NCBI GenBank assembly: GCA_050011875.1 | Contig: JBEKIG010000004.1 | Span: forward strand, 1-64,000 | From: Nitrososphaeria archaeon | GTDB taxonomy: Archaea > Thermoproteota > Nitrososphaeria > JACIWG01 | Length of the DNA stretch: 64,000 nucleotides | Direction of reading: 5' to 3' | Part shown: positions 1-9,379 of the stretch, piece by piece | Numbering within the stretch: the first letter of the stretch is position 1 | Layout of the letters: every line of letters begins with the position of its first letter | Notes under the pieces: model-generated | The model's database searches: none | What the model was told of the DNA's origin: nothing | What the model saw: only the letters and a program-made list of their open reading frames with translations | Program-made: the position numbers and the translations under genes

Positions 1-1
1 G

Positions 2-274
2 AGTGAATACGAAGTCGCCAGATGATATCTGTGAAAAGCCGTTCGAGCTCCATACAAGGTAGAATTGGGCTCCGGAGAATATTACTGAATGGAAGTCAAG
101 TGTAATATTGGCTCCTGCTGCAAGATGTGTTGTCCCTACGATTAACGTGCCTAGTGGGGGGGGACCTGTTAAGACGTTTATATATCCAGACGATGCGAAT
201 GCATTAGGTAAGAATGGTGCTAATGGCATAGCGAGTAATAGCAATAGTACTATAGTTGACTTTAGTTTGTTCAT
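2..274 (-). CDS. Secreted/surface protein, 5' part only (runs off the window edge; missed by the ORF track)
   Basis: Manual translation from ATG 274: MNKLKSTIVLLLLLAMPLAPFLPNAFA-SSGYINVLTG..., a Sec signal peptide (K, hydrophobic core, AFA); frame open to the window edge. Confidence 0.75.
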   Translation of the reverse strand, partial: MNKLKSTIVLLLLLAMPLAPFLPNAFASSGYINVLTGPPPLGTLIVGTTHLAAGANITLDFHSVIFSGAQFYLVWSSNGFSQISSGDFVFT

Positions 275-380
275 TTATTTTTTACACCTTATTCGTGATG
301 TTTAAGGCCAATTTAGCCCTATTAAAGGTTTGTGGATGATTCATCTACTTGAAAACCAAGCTTTAGCAAAACGTGAGCTG

Positions 381-1571
381 GAAACCCCACACGCTTCAGG
401 GGTGGGATGAAAGCGAACCTGAATGTTTAAATAACCATAGTATAAATTAATAAAAGATGTTCAGAACCATAAAGGTGCGATTGGAAGGCGATATACAACC
501 ATTGTGTGCAAACAGCCAAGCTGTACACACAGGTCTGCCGGTCAGCACTTGACTATGGTTTCAAGAACAAGACGTTTAACAAGAACAAAATCAATACTGG
601 AACATATGGCTGACATCAGACAGAAAATACCCCAGCTACCTTCCGGGTTAGTTCAGACAGCCCGTGACCAAGCTTCAGACATGCTCAAACGGGAGAAATG
701 TATGGCGCATCCAACAAAGAAACGGTTACAGGTAAGGTACGACAGACGCACATTCAAGTTCTACCCTGAAAACGGATACGTATCCTTAAGCACTGCCTTA
801 GGTAGACTAATCTTCAAAACCACAATATACGAATACATCAAGCAATATCTGCAGGGTAAATACACGAATGCTCAACTAATCATAAGGAAGGGCAGGGCGT
901 TTCTCAATATCCAGTGCGAGTTGCCAGACATCCCGGTGAACACAGGAAATAGAGTTCTTGGTGTCGACAGAGGTATTCTGAACATCGTTACATGTGACGA
1001 CAATACATTCGCTAACTCTCGACACTTCAGAGCGGTAAAGGGGAGATATCAATACTTGAAAGCGAAACTCCAGAGTTTAGGCACTCCATCAGCTCAGTGT
1101 AAACTTGTACGGCTGTCTGGTAGAGAGAGACGGTTCACTCTGGATACAAACCACGTCATCGCAAAACAAATAGTTGAGAAACCATATGATGTACTAGCTT
1201 TAGAGGCACTCAGTATTTCTAAGCGTAAGGTACAGGGACGCAAATTCAACAGGAAACTCGGTGGATGGAGCTACGGACAACTTCTGAGTCTGCTCAAGTA
1301 TAAGGCAGAGAATCTTGGCAAGATAGTTGTTGAAGTAAACCCCAGACACACGTCACAGAGATGTAGCAAGTGCGGGTACATCGACAGGAATAACAGACAT
1401 GGTCTGGGCTTTCACTGCAGGCAATGTGGTTTCCAACTTGATGCAGATTTGAATGCTGCGAGAAACATCGCTCCACTCGGTAAATCTGAGTTGAGCAGGC
1501 CTGACGTCAACGAGCCAATCGTAACGCATACGGCAGTTACAAGCCCAAGGCTTCAGCCGTGGGTAGTTGAC
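381..1571 (+). mobile_element. IS200/IS605-family tnpB-only (IS1341-type) element
   Basis: Left-end hairpin CCCACacgcttcagggGTGGG (386-406); right-end hairpin CCCAAGGCTTCAGCCGTGGG followed by TAGTTGAC (1544-1571); tnpB between them; exact left boundary uncertain. Confidence 0.85.
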
Positions 1572-1574
1572 TAA
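457..1574 (+). pseudogene. tnpB: TnpB RNA-guided nuclease gene with two N-terminal frameshifts
   Basis: ATG457 MFRTIKVRLE..., shift near 505 to VQTAKLYTQ..., shift near 608 to ADIRQKIP...; RuvC motifs GVDRG, LEAL, DADLNAA and Zn finger CSKC/CRQC retained. Confidence 0.8.
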
Positions 1575-1820
1575 CTTTCCTAACTTTCCCTAAACAGGAC
1601 CCTTAAATTTCCTATATAAGAGCCCCTAATTTCCTATTAGGGTCCCTGATTTCCCTGTCCTAATTCCCTAATTTCCCTATTTTTTTCCTATTTCCCTATT
1701 TGATTCCCTAATTTCCTTAACCTTATGAAGTAGTTTCCTAAGGTTCCCTATCGTCCCCCTTATTTACAAGCTTTTCCCAGTTGAACCCCTTAAGATTCCT
1801 ATCTTCCTAAATGCTCTTAG
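1572..1820. repeat. Low-complexity (TTCCCTAAT)n-like tract plus a block conserved with 3905-4008
   Basis: Many ccctaa/ttccta units at about 9-bp spacing; 1747-1820 aligns ungapped with 3935-4008 (60/74 by hand). Confidence 0.75.
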
Positions 1821-1975
1821 GGTCCTTAACGATCCTGTTCTTTAAAGGGTCCTTAAGTTTTTAGCGAATGAAAGGGTATGGGGAAACAAAGAAATCCCAC
1901 ATGCTTCAGCGGTGGGATGGAAGCGAGCCTGTAATGCTTATATTACTAGCAGTATGTGAATAGCATACATATAAT

Positions 1976-2374
1976 ATGCCAAAGGGATACGACGCTTCGC
2001 AGACTTCAGTTCATTTCATGAACTACCACTTCGTGTGGTGTCCGAAATATCGCAGGCCAGTGCTGGTTGGCGAAGTGGAAACCAGACTTCGTGCGTTACT
2101 CGAACAGAAGTCCAAATCAATAGACTGCGAAATAATCACTTTAGAGACGATGCCAGACTACGTCCACATCTTCGTCAAAGCCAAACCTACTGCCACCCCG
2201 AACAGAATAGTGGCTGCCCTGAAGGGATTCACTTCCCACGAGTTACGAAAAGAGTTCCCACATCTTCGGTCAAGACTACCGACACTTTGGTCAAGAAGTT
2301 ACTTTGTCTCCACGCATGGGCACGTGTCTTCAGAAACCATCCAGAGATATATTGAGGGGCAGAAAGGGATTTGA
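1976..2374 (+). CDS. tnpA: IS200/IS605 Y1 transposase TnpA (HUH motif altered to YVH)
   Basis: YHFVWCPKYRR, MPDYVH, LWSRSYF and catalytic RYIEGQ motifs. Confidence 0.93.
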   Translation: MPKGYDASQTSVHFMNYHFVWCPKYRRPVLVGEVETRLRALLEQKSKSIDCEIITLETMPDYVHIFVKAKPTATPNRIVAALKGFTSHELRKEFPHLRSRLPTLWSRSYFVSTHGHVSSETIQRYIEGQKGI

Positions 2375-3519
2375 TTACCTACAAGTTCAGGCTCTATCCA
2401 ACGAAGACTCAGACCAGATTGATGATAGAGACTCTTGAGACTTGCAGGCTCCTCTACAATGACCTTCTGGATGACAGGATTCAAACCAAAGCCAAGGCGT
2501 TCGAACAGAAGAGGGCCCTTACGGCGATCCGCCGTAGTAGCAAGTTCTTGATGGAAGTTCACTCCCAAATCCTGCAAGACGTCGTCTTCAGATTAGACAA
2601 AGCGTATGAGGCGTTCTATTCAGGGCTTTCAAGATACCCCAAGTTCAAACGAAAAGACAGGTACAACTCGTTCAGGTATCCTCAACTTGGTGGGTTCAAG
2701 GTTGTAGATGGGAAACTCAGGCTTTCAAAGATAGGTCTCGTCAAAGCGAAAATGCATCGACAGATTGAAGGAACGCCGAAGACTTGCATTGTCGTCAGAG
2801 ATATCGACCAGTGGTATGCCTGTATCTCAGTTGAGACAGAATCTCCCAAACCGATTGAACCACAGAAAGGGAAACCAGTCGGAGTAGACCTTGGGGTAGT
2901 GAATCTCGCAACTCTGAGTAACGGTAGAGTCTTCGAGAATCCACGACATCTCGACAACTCCATCACTAGAATCACGTCACTTCAGAGGCGCCTATCAAGA
3001 AAGAAAAAAGGCTCTGGTAACAGGGAAAAGGCCAAGGTCTTGCTCGCCAAGGCTTGGAGAAAGGTGAGGAACCAGCGTTTGGATGTCGCACACAAAGTCT
3101 CTGCTAATCTGACATCTGAATACTCGACCGTCATATTCGAAGACCTGAAGATTCCGAACATGGTGAAGAACCACAATCTGGCATCGGCAATAATGGATGC
3201 CTCTTGGGGCCAACTGCGCCGACTAACTGTCTACAAGGTAGAAAGGCGTGGCGGACGGGTCAGACTTGTCAACCCAAGCGGGACATCGCAGAAATGCTCT
3301 GGATGCGGAGTAGCGGTTCCGAAAGGACTGGAAGAACGGACGCACTCGTGCCCGAACTGCAGTCTCGTCCTCGACAGGGACGTGAATGCGGCACGCAATA
3401 TTCTGGCTGCGGGTCTGGAACAGGCCCGTGTGGAGGAACTGCCTCTACTTGTCCAACGCAGGCGGATAAGCAAGTTTGTTCCTGTGAAGCAAGAAGCCTA
3501 CGAGTTTACTCGTAGGTAG
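2371..3519 (+). CDS. tnpB: TnpB RNA-guided endonuclease, apparently intact
   Basis: YKFRLYP N-terminus; RuvC GVDLG, FEDL, DRDVNAA; Zn finger CSGC..CPNC. Confidence 0.95.
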   Translation: MITYKFRLYPTKTQTRLMIETLETCRLLYNDLLDDRIQTKAKAFEQKRALTAIRRSSKFLMEVHSQILQDVVFRLDKAYEAFYSGLSRYPKFKRKDRYNSFRYPQLGGFKVVDGKLRLSKIGLVKAKMHRQIEGTPKTCIVVRDIDQWYACISVETESPKPIEPQKGKPVGVDLGVVNLATLSNGRVFENPRHLDNSITRITSLQRRLSRKKKGSGNREKAKVLLAKAWRKVRNQRLDVAHKVSANLTSEYSTVIFEDLKIPNMVKNHNLASAIMDASWGQLRRLTVYKVERRGGRVRLVNPSGTSQKCSGCGVAVPKGLEERTHSCPNCSLVLDRDVNAARNILAAGLEQARVEELPLLVQRRRISKFVPVKQEAYEFTRR

Positions 3520-3544
3520 TTCACGACACGATTTCAAATCTAGA
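3340..3544 (+). ncRNA. Predicted TnpB omegaRNA (scaffold overlapping the tnpB 3' end/right end; guide = flank 3525-3544)
   Basis: Inferred from established TnpB biology; right-end hairpin and TCAC end are visible; the 5' boundary is a guess. Confidence 0.5.
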
Positions 3545-3754
3545 TGCCACGGACAAACCATATTTGCCAAATATCCAACCTATTTTTATGCAGTTAAATT
3601 TACGATGGGACACCGATATGAATTATATATGAAATCGTTCAGGGATATGGTGACATCAGATTTACTTGCTTAATTAAGTGGACACCGCATACTTTTCACT
3701 ATTTCTCCAACAAGACAACTCTGTAAAAAAATCTCACCTATCCTAAACTTTATT

Positions 3755-4008
3755 AAAATACTTAAAATTAAGTCTACTTAAAATACTTAGGCTACTTAAA
3801 TTTAAGTAAATACTTAAAATACTTAAATGGCTTAAATCTGAATGTTTAAATTAACTTAAAACTACTTAAATTTTACTTAATTTCTTATCTGCATACTTAT
3901 TTTATTAACCGCATGAAGCGAACCTTAAGACTTGCTTATCTTCACCCTTATTTACCAGCTGTCCCCAATTAAACTTCTTAAGCTTCCTATCTTCTTAAAT
4001 GTTCTTAA
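3755..4008. repeat. AT-rich (TACTTAAAA)n-like tract plus a block conserved with 1717-1820
   Basis: About 10 tacttaaa-like units in 3759-3900, followed by the shared block. Confidence 0.75.
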
Positions 4009-4339
4009 ATTGGCTTGGCCTGCTTCTAAAATTTTAACTAGCGTATTCTTTCAAAAATATAAAAAAGAGTCTAAAGAAGAAAAGAATATAAATGAAGAAG
4101 AATACGGAGAAAATGTAAGGAAAGATATTCTTAGATGTTTTTCGAAACCTTTCATGTTCTAGCTAAGTACTCTAACAGAATAAACCTTTTTTGATAATGT
4201 CCGGCATGCAATTTCCTATGGTTAAAGCCTGACATTACATTCTTGGACTATTTGAGCGCAGTTTCCATATTTGATATACTGTTTCATCGGCTGTTAGACT
4301 TTCACTCTTACCTATTGCTTCAAAGCTTTTGAGTTTAAC

Positions 4340-4546
4340 CTAGATAAACCATACGTTATCATGAGTTTCCTCAATAGCGTAAAAAACTGGGACATTTATT
4401 TCGTTTTCTATAATTCTTGTTTGTGCGGAATACTTTACAGTACCCTGTTCGGTATGCACTCTGCCAATACGTTTAACATCAAAAGATCCAATTGGAGAAA
4501 CGGAGTCAGGCCACAACTTGAGAAAGTGTTCTCCTACTAGTGTCAT
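4340..4546 (-). CDS. Small hypothetical protein or gene remnant
   Basis: 68-aa ORF downstream of 4672-5646, preceded by a 40-codon ORF overlapping by ATGA; no recognisable motif. Confidence 0.3.
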   Translation of the reverse strand: MTLVGEHFLKLWPDSVSPIGSFDVKRIGRVHTEQGTVKYSAQTRIIENEINVPVFYAIEETHDNVWFI

Positions 4547-4671
4547 GTGGATTGCAATTTGCTGTGAATGCTACTTTTAGCCAATCCACCGATGTGGGCC
4601 TCTCCGCTTATCGAGGTTTGTTTATGTTCTAGACATAGACTGTTACGCTCTTTTACTTCAACCATAGGTTG

Positions 4672-5646
4672 TCAAATTATAGAGCGTAGCATCCATTCAG
4701 CTTTTAACTTAACCGTTCCATCTTCGCTTTTCGCCTTCTCTCTAAACGAGTTCAGCAGTTCAATTTTCTCACTTTCAGGTAACATGTCAAATATTTGAAT
4801 ACGTAGCTCCTGAAGTAATGCGTTCGCTATTGGACCTTTGTAGGGGTTTGTGAACCCAGATCCAACCGCTGGAGACTCGTAGGCTAACTCTGTAGTGGGG
4901 CTAAAAAGTTTATCCACAAATACTCTCGTAAGTTCACTCGTCTTAGGAGGACAAAGCCTTGCAATATTTCCCAGCATCCTAATAGCCCATTCCTGTACCT
5001 CTAAATTTTCATCATATAGCAACTTTTCTAAGTTAGGGGTAAGAGATAGAGCCCAGTCTTTTGTTTTCTCTTCAGAAAGAAGCCTTGGCATCGAAACTAG
5101 CAAAATCCTTTTTTTCTCGCCAAGAAAGTCTCCTACAGGAGGTTTTTCAACAATCGATTTAAAGGCGGACTTCAGCTTTCCACTTTTCTCAAGGATTTGA
5201 ACTGGATCTTCATCGAAAAGGGGGAAGAGTTTTTGTACCAGGGAATTTCTGAGTCCTTCCTCAAGCCCCTTATCTTCTACAAGATCCCAGAGTTGTTCAA
5301 CCTTCCATAAAATCTTTCCAACATCGACTTTTTGTTTTTCACTTCCTTCAATCAATTTTGTCAGATAAAGTGCATATACACTTTGTCCGAGGTCCGTCAG
5401 CTTAACAAATGGTATTTTATGTCCTCCTCTTGGGTTTTTTTCGTGCCTTATCGATATTATTTTTAAATTCTCTAACTCGTGAAGAGCTTTTGAAATATTC
5501 TGTGCATTTAGTGATGTTACTTTTACTAAATCCTTCGAGCTAAATTCTTTATTAGGGTAGAGTGCGTTGACAATTTCACATCCGCTTGCAAGTTTCCGAA
5601 GCCAGTCAGCAAAGTCGCTACTGTTGGCAACTTGATTTTGATTCAT
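4672..5646 (-). CDS. Winged-HTH protein with a helical (HEAT/ARM-like) C-terminal domain
   Basis: SSKDLVKVTSLNAQNISKALHELENLKII...VKLTDLG wHTH; LEKLLYDENLEVQEWAIRMLGNIA HEAT-like repeat. Confidence 0.7.
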   Translation of the reverse strand: MNQNQVANSSDFADWLRKLASGCEIVNALYPNKEFSSKDLVKVTSLNAQNISKALHELENLKIISIRHEKNPRGGHKIPFVKLTDLGQSVYALYLTKLIEGSEKQKVDVGKILWKVEQLWDLVEDKGLEEGLRNSLVQKLFPLFDEDPVQILEKSGKLKSAFKSIVEKPPVGDFLGEKKRILLVSMPRLLSEEKTKDWALSLTPNLEKLLYDENLEVQEWAIRMLGNIARLCPPKTSELTRVFVDKLFSPTTELAYESPAVGSGFTNPYKGPIANALLQELRIQIFDMLPESEKIELLNSFREKAKSEDGTVKLKAEWMLRSII

Positions 5647-5715
5647 ATTATCAAATTCTCCGATGATGCAAGTTATAGAAACATAAATATTTAAGTATTG
5701 TGATCTATTTTAATA

Positions 5716-5787
5716 ATGTCAAATGTGATATTACCTAAAATGGATGAAATGCACAATAAGATAAATGAGCTAAGTGATAAGATATGA
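5716..5787 (+). CDS. 23-aa leader peptide resembling the N-terminus of the next gene
   Basis: MSNVILPKMDEMHNKINELSDKI*; ATG about 26 nt after TTTAAGTA (5690); stop overlaps ATG 5784 (ATGA). Confidence 0.4.
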   Translation: MSNVILPKMDEMHNKINELSDKI

Positions 5788-6299
5788 GCAATGATGAAAT
5801 AAACGAAATAGACGCTCGGATAAATGAGCTGTCAAGCACGGAAAAAGACAAGAATAAGGTTGCTCTCATGTTAAAGGATGAGGGATACCCGCCACGGGAC
5901 ATAATGGGAAAGCTTCACGTAAGCGGGCACATATTTGGAAAAGCAAGAGGAAAGGAGCAGAAGAAGGAGAAGGTGCCCCTAACCCTTCAAACGAACGCGG
6001 ATAAGATTGTGTTAGACGCATCAGCATTGGCGACGTTGGAAGACCTTAAAAAGTGGGCACAAGAAAACACGCATCTAACGCTCAAAGAGGTTTTAATAAT
6101 AGGCAAAGGGATGGTTGAAATGGATGTAAAAAGGATGGCAGCAGATCAAGGGCTACCCCTCTGGGATTTCATACAGAAAGCGATTAACTTTCATAACTCT
6201 TGGTACGATTCAGTGGTTAAACTGATAAAGTTAGGGGTCCTAACGTTTGACGGGCGACTTAACACCTACACTCTAAATGTTCAAGAGGTAAGAGAGTAA
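5784..6299 (+). CDS. Hypothetical protein, possible N-terminal HTH
   Basis: 171-aa ORF; LKDEGYPPRDIMGKLHVS HTH-like segment; coupled to the next gene. Confidence 0.7.
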   Translation: MSNDEINEIDARINELSSTEKDKNKVALMLKDEGYPPRDIMGKLHVSGHIFGKARGKEQKKEKVPLTLQTNADKIVLDASALATLEDLKKWAQENTHLTLKEVLIIGKGMVEMDVKRMAADQGLPLWDFIQKAINFHNSWYDSVVKLIKLGVLTFDGRLNTYTLNVQEVRE

Positions 6300-6300
6300 A

Positions 6301-7221
6301 TTGAGCCAGGTAAACGACGAGGAAATGACACTTATCAGGAACATAAGGCGAAGGGGAATAAGCCCAATTGACGTAGCAGATAAACTGCAGTCTGTCACAA
6401 AATCCGAAAAAAAGGAAAACGGGAAAAAGGCAGACGTAGAAGAAGACGACGACGAAATACTTAATATGGTCAGCAAAATCCAGAAGCAGGCCATGAAACT
6501 TAAGCTCCAGATGCAGATTTTCGATAACATGGGGATCACCGGAGGGGGAGACAGGTCCCAGAAAAACGTAAACGTTAAAGAGGAAATAAGGGACGACATA
6601 AAAGAATATCTCAGCGAAAATGGAGAGAAAGGCGAGAAATTAAGCACGTCGGAGATGATGAACATGATCATAATGCTGAAAGCGCTTGGCGAAAAGGGTA
6701 CGGACTGGAAGGAGATTTCTGCAATAGTCACATTACTAAAAGGCCAAGAAGGTAAGAAAGAGGAGGAAATGAGCACAATGGACATTATCACTAAGTTGCA
6801 GGAAAGGGAGGAGAAAGTGCGAGCAGATGAAAGAAGTGTAGCTGAGAAGTATGCAATTCAGCAGCCTCAGAGTCTAGGAGACTCCTTAGAAGATATAATC
6901 GGCGCAGAGGGTGCAGCAGCTCTAAAGGAGAAAGTGTCGGCCACAATAAAGGACGCTTTTAACCCAGACAGGCAGCTAACCGACGCTAAAGGAAAACTAG
7001 ACCCTTTAGCAGTAGCGGACCGGTTCGTTAAACAGATACCGGACATTCTGAAGGCAGTAAGGTCCCAGATACCGCCGAAGGAAACAGAGCAGTTCGAAGC
7101 AGTTCCTGAGACAGAGACAGAGACGGCGACGGCAGGCCAGCAGGGGCAGCCAGTGGAGGAAGCAGTGCAGACAGTTGTGGCAGAAGATCAACCTTTGCCG
7201 ATTACAAGCTCAGGAATGTGA
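6301..7221 (+). CDS. Hypothetical charged/helical protein (mobile-element-like orphan)
   Basis: 306-aa ORF, E/K-rich coiled segments, purine-rich coding strand. Confidence 0.75.
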   Translation: MSQVNDEEMTLIRNIRRRGISPIDVADKLQSVTKSEKKENGKKADVEEDDDEILNMVSKIQKQAMKLKLQMQIFDNMGITGGGDRSQKNVNVKEEIRDDIKEYLSENGEKGEKLSTSEMMNMIIMLKALGEKGTDWKEISAIVTLLKGQEGKKEEEMSTMDIITKLQEREEKVRADERSVAEKYAIQQPQSLGDSLEDIIGAEGAAALKEKVSATIKDAFNPDRQLTDAKGKLDPLAVADRFVKQIPDILKAVRSQIPPKETEQFEAVPETETETATAGQQGQPVEEAVQTVVAEDQPLPITSSGM

Positions 7222-7355
7222 AAGAATTTTAATAGCCTTAATTAAGCCATTGAGTTCAACAGGCTCATTGATCGGACCAGCTAGATCTTTGTGTTTGTCA
7301 AAGACGATTTCAAGTTTCTCTCTCATTTGAATCAACACCTTTAATGGAATCCTTA

Positions 7356-9170
7356 TCAATCTTGAAAGTCTTGTTTAACTGCATCCAGCATAGTTTTGAT
7401 TAAGACTACTGCTTCAGAAACATCTTCTGTAGTAACCTTGTCTCTAAGGAGAAGTCTAGCCCGTGCAATGGCAAGCCTTATCATTGAATAAAGTATATTA
7501 GGAGAAATAATCGTGCTTTGGTCTTCCTTTTGTAAACACATTTCGAGATAAGAATCACTGAGCATTTTTTCCACTTCAGGTGTTAAGATTGGATTAAAAA
7601 GTCTGCAATATAGTAGATATTTCCTTAGAAATTCTGTATCTAAAGCTGATTCAATCGGCGTCGGATGATATATTGTTATGATATGTGATGCGATTCTATC
7701 AGCTTCTTCTTTGCTAGACTCTTTTTTTGGGATAAAAATCAGGTCGAATTCATTCAAAAATGCCTGAGGAAGGTTAACATTTTCATAAAGACTTTTTTGA
7801 GAATCATATTCAAAAAACTTAAGCTTTGCTGTTGCCAGAATTGAAGTTCGAGCATTTACCTTCATTAAAAAGCCATTCTCTGAGATCGCAACTGCTTGCT
7901 GTTCAATTGCCCCAAAAGCTTGGAGAGCACCTTTTTTCATATCATCAACTCCGTCTAATAAGTAAAGTCCATGGTCTGCTGAGATAAGTAGTCCAGCTTC
8001 TGCCATTCGTAACTGTTTGTTTTCTTTGTTCTCTTGTACAATTCTGTAAGTAAGGTCTGACTCCTCAGTTGTTTTTCCATAAGCATATAACGCAAGAGGA
8101 GCTAATCTCGCAGTATACTTTAAGAGCTCACTCTTTGGAGGGTCTCCTATCAAAAGAATGTTTATACCATTTCTTAAGGTCACATTGTCTGAACGTTCTA
8201 TCTCTGGTATTCCTGCAATAAGCAGTAATATGGCTTCTTTTAGAAGATCGTAATTGTAAATTGATGGCGCAAAGGATTTGATAAGCGTCTTGATCCAATC
8301 TGGACGTGCTGCCAGTTCATTGAAGTTTATTACATCAGCTTTTTCTATTACAACATCTTGAGGTATTTTTCTCAAGACTTCGATATAATTGCTTTCAATT
8401 GCCGAACCAAAAGACCTTGATTGACTGCCTCTTACGCCAAATTCTTCTTCCATCCTAAAAATTCCATTGATAATAACCCTGTCGCCAAGTTTTGCAGCAG
8501 CAACACTATCACCGTATATTTTTGCATCTAATCGTCTGGGAAGTTGGCCTGGAGGAAGTTCTTCAGGAAGTTCTTGCGCACGTAAGATTTGATAATTTAT
8601 GAATGTGCTTTTCAATTCATCAAGTTTGAAATTTTCCTCTTCATCACATTCTATGCACCTCACAGGCTTCTTCAACATACGTTCTTTCTGAACAACCACT
8701 GTTGTGTGTCCATTTGGACAGACCCATGAAGCTTCAATTATGTACGGTTTTATTTCTGAAACGCTAGAAACGTTTCCATTGATAGACACAAGCTTTCCAA
8801 GGAAACTTACATCGAGCTTTCTAATAGGAACCTTTTCTGGGAGATTCCCCAAGCGTACAACAAAATATTTCTCAACTTTCTTAGCGTAATCAGAATCCTC
8901 TTGCCTCAGAAATTCCACTGCAGCTTTCAAGAAAATGTCCAAATATTTTGTTGGATTATTAGTCAATTCAATGGCGAGATTAGGGTCAAACTTAAGGATG
9001 TCTTGAAAGTCTACAACAATAGAATTTGTATTTGTTTGGATGGCATTGACAAGTCTAGCCATATATTTGGGCTGATTAGATGCGTCCAAAAATACTTTAA
9101 AAAAGTCTAAAAATTTATCCTTTACAGCAGAATCTGAAAGCAAGTCCACGATTGTCTTCCCCTTTAACAT
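7356..9170 (-). CDS. mcm: MCM helicase paralog, predicted ATPase-dead, lacking the C-terminal WH domain
   Basis: MCM N-domain, Zn finger, QELPEELPPGQLPR, INILLIGDP, FDLIF; Walker A/B, arginine finger and sensor 2 all degenerate. Confidence 0.9.
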   Translation of the reverse strand: MLKGKTIVDLLSDSAVKDKFLDFFKVFLDASNQPKYMARLVNAIQTNTNSIVVDFQDILKFDPNLAIELTNNPTKYLDIFLKAAVEFLRQEDSDYAKKVEKYFVVRLGNLPEKVPIRKLDVSFLGKLVSINGNVSSVSEIKPYIIEASWVCPNGHTTVVVQKERMLKKPVRCIECDEEENFKLDELKSTFINYQILRAQELPEELPPGQLPRRLDAKIYGDSVAAAKLGDRVIINGIFRMEEEFGVRGSQSRSFGSAIESNYIEVLRKIPQDVVIEKADVINFNELAARPDWIKTLIKSFAPSIYNYDLLKEAILLLIAGIPEIERSDNVTLRNGINILLIGDPPKSELLKYTARLAPLALYAYGKTTEESDLTYRIVQENKENKQLRMAEAGLLISADHGLYLLDGVDDMKKGALQAFGAIEQQAVAISENGFLMKVNARTSILATAKLKFFEYDSQKSLYENVNLPQAFLNEFDLIFIPKKESSKEEADRIASHIITIYHPTPIESALDTEFLRKYLLYCRLFNPILTPEVEKMLSDSYLEMCLQKEDQSTIISPNILYSMIRLAIARARLLLRDKVTTEDVSEAVVLIKTMLDAVKQDFQD

Positions 9171-9379
9171 TCCACAGTATTACTTGATATTTAATATTTA
9201 AGAGGGGATTACGTAATAGGAAAAATAATTGTTAAGTTTAGACTTACCAAAATTAAGCTCTATAATAGTAGATTAGTTTCTGTATTCGTCTAAACCTCTT
9301 TTGTATCCCGCTGGTGTTTTGTTTTCATTGAATTTGGTTATTCTTTCCCCTACTTTAAGCTGTTCGGGATTTGAAAGTT

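Larger units (their letters stand above)
1885..3524 (+). mobile_element. IS605-group element (tnpA + tnpB)
   Basis: Left-end hairpin ATCCCACatgcttcagcgGTGGGAT (1894-1918); right-end hairpin CCTACGAGtttaCTCGTAGG (3497-3516) followed by TAGTTCAC; overlapping tnpA/tnpB. Confidence 0.92.

Noticed and set aside
108-305. 65-aa plus-strand ORF
   Set aside because: Antisense shadow of the signal-peptide gene on the minus strand
1875-1892. GGAAACAAAG resembling an ORB origin box
   Set aside because: Lacks the TTCCA half and the G-string; no cdc6/orc1 nearby; lies at the IS left end
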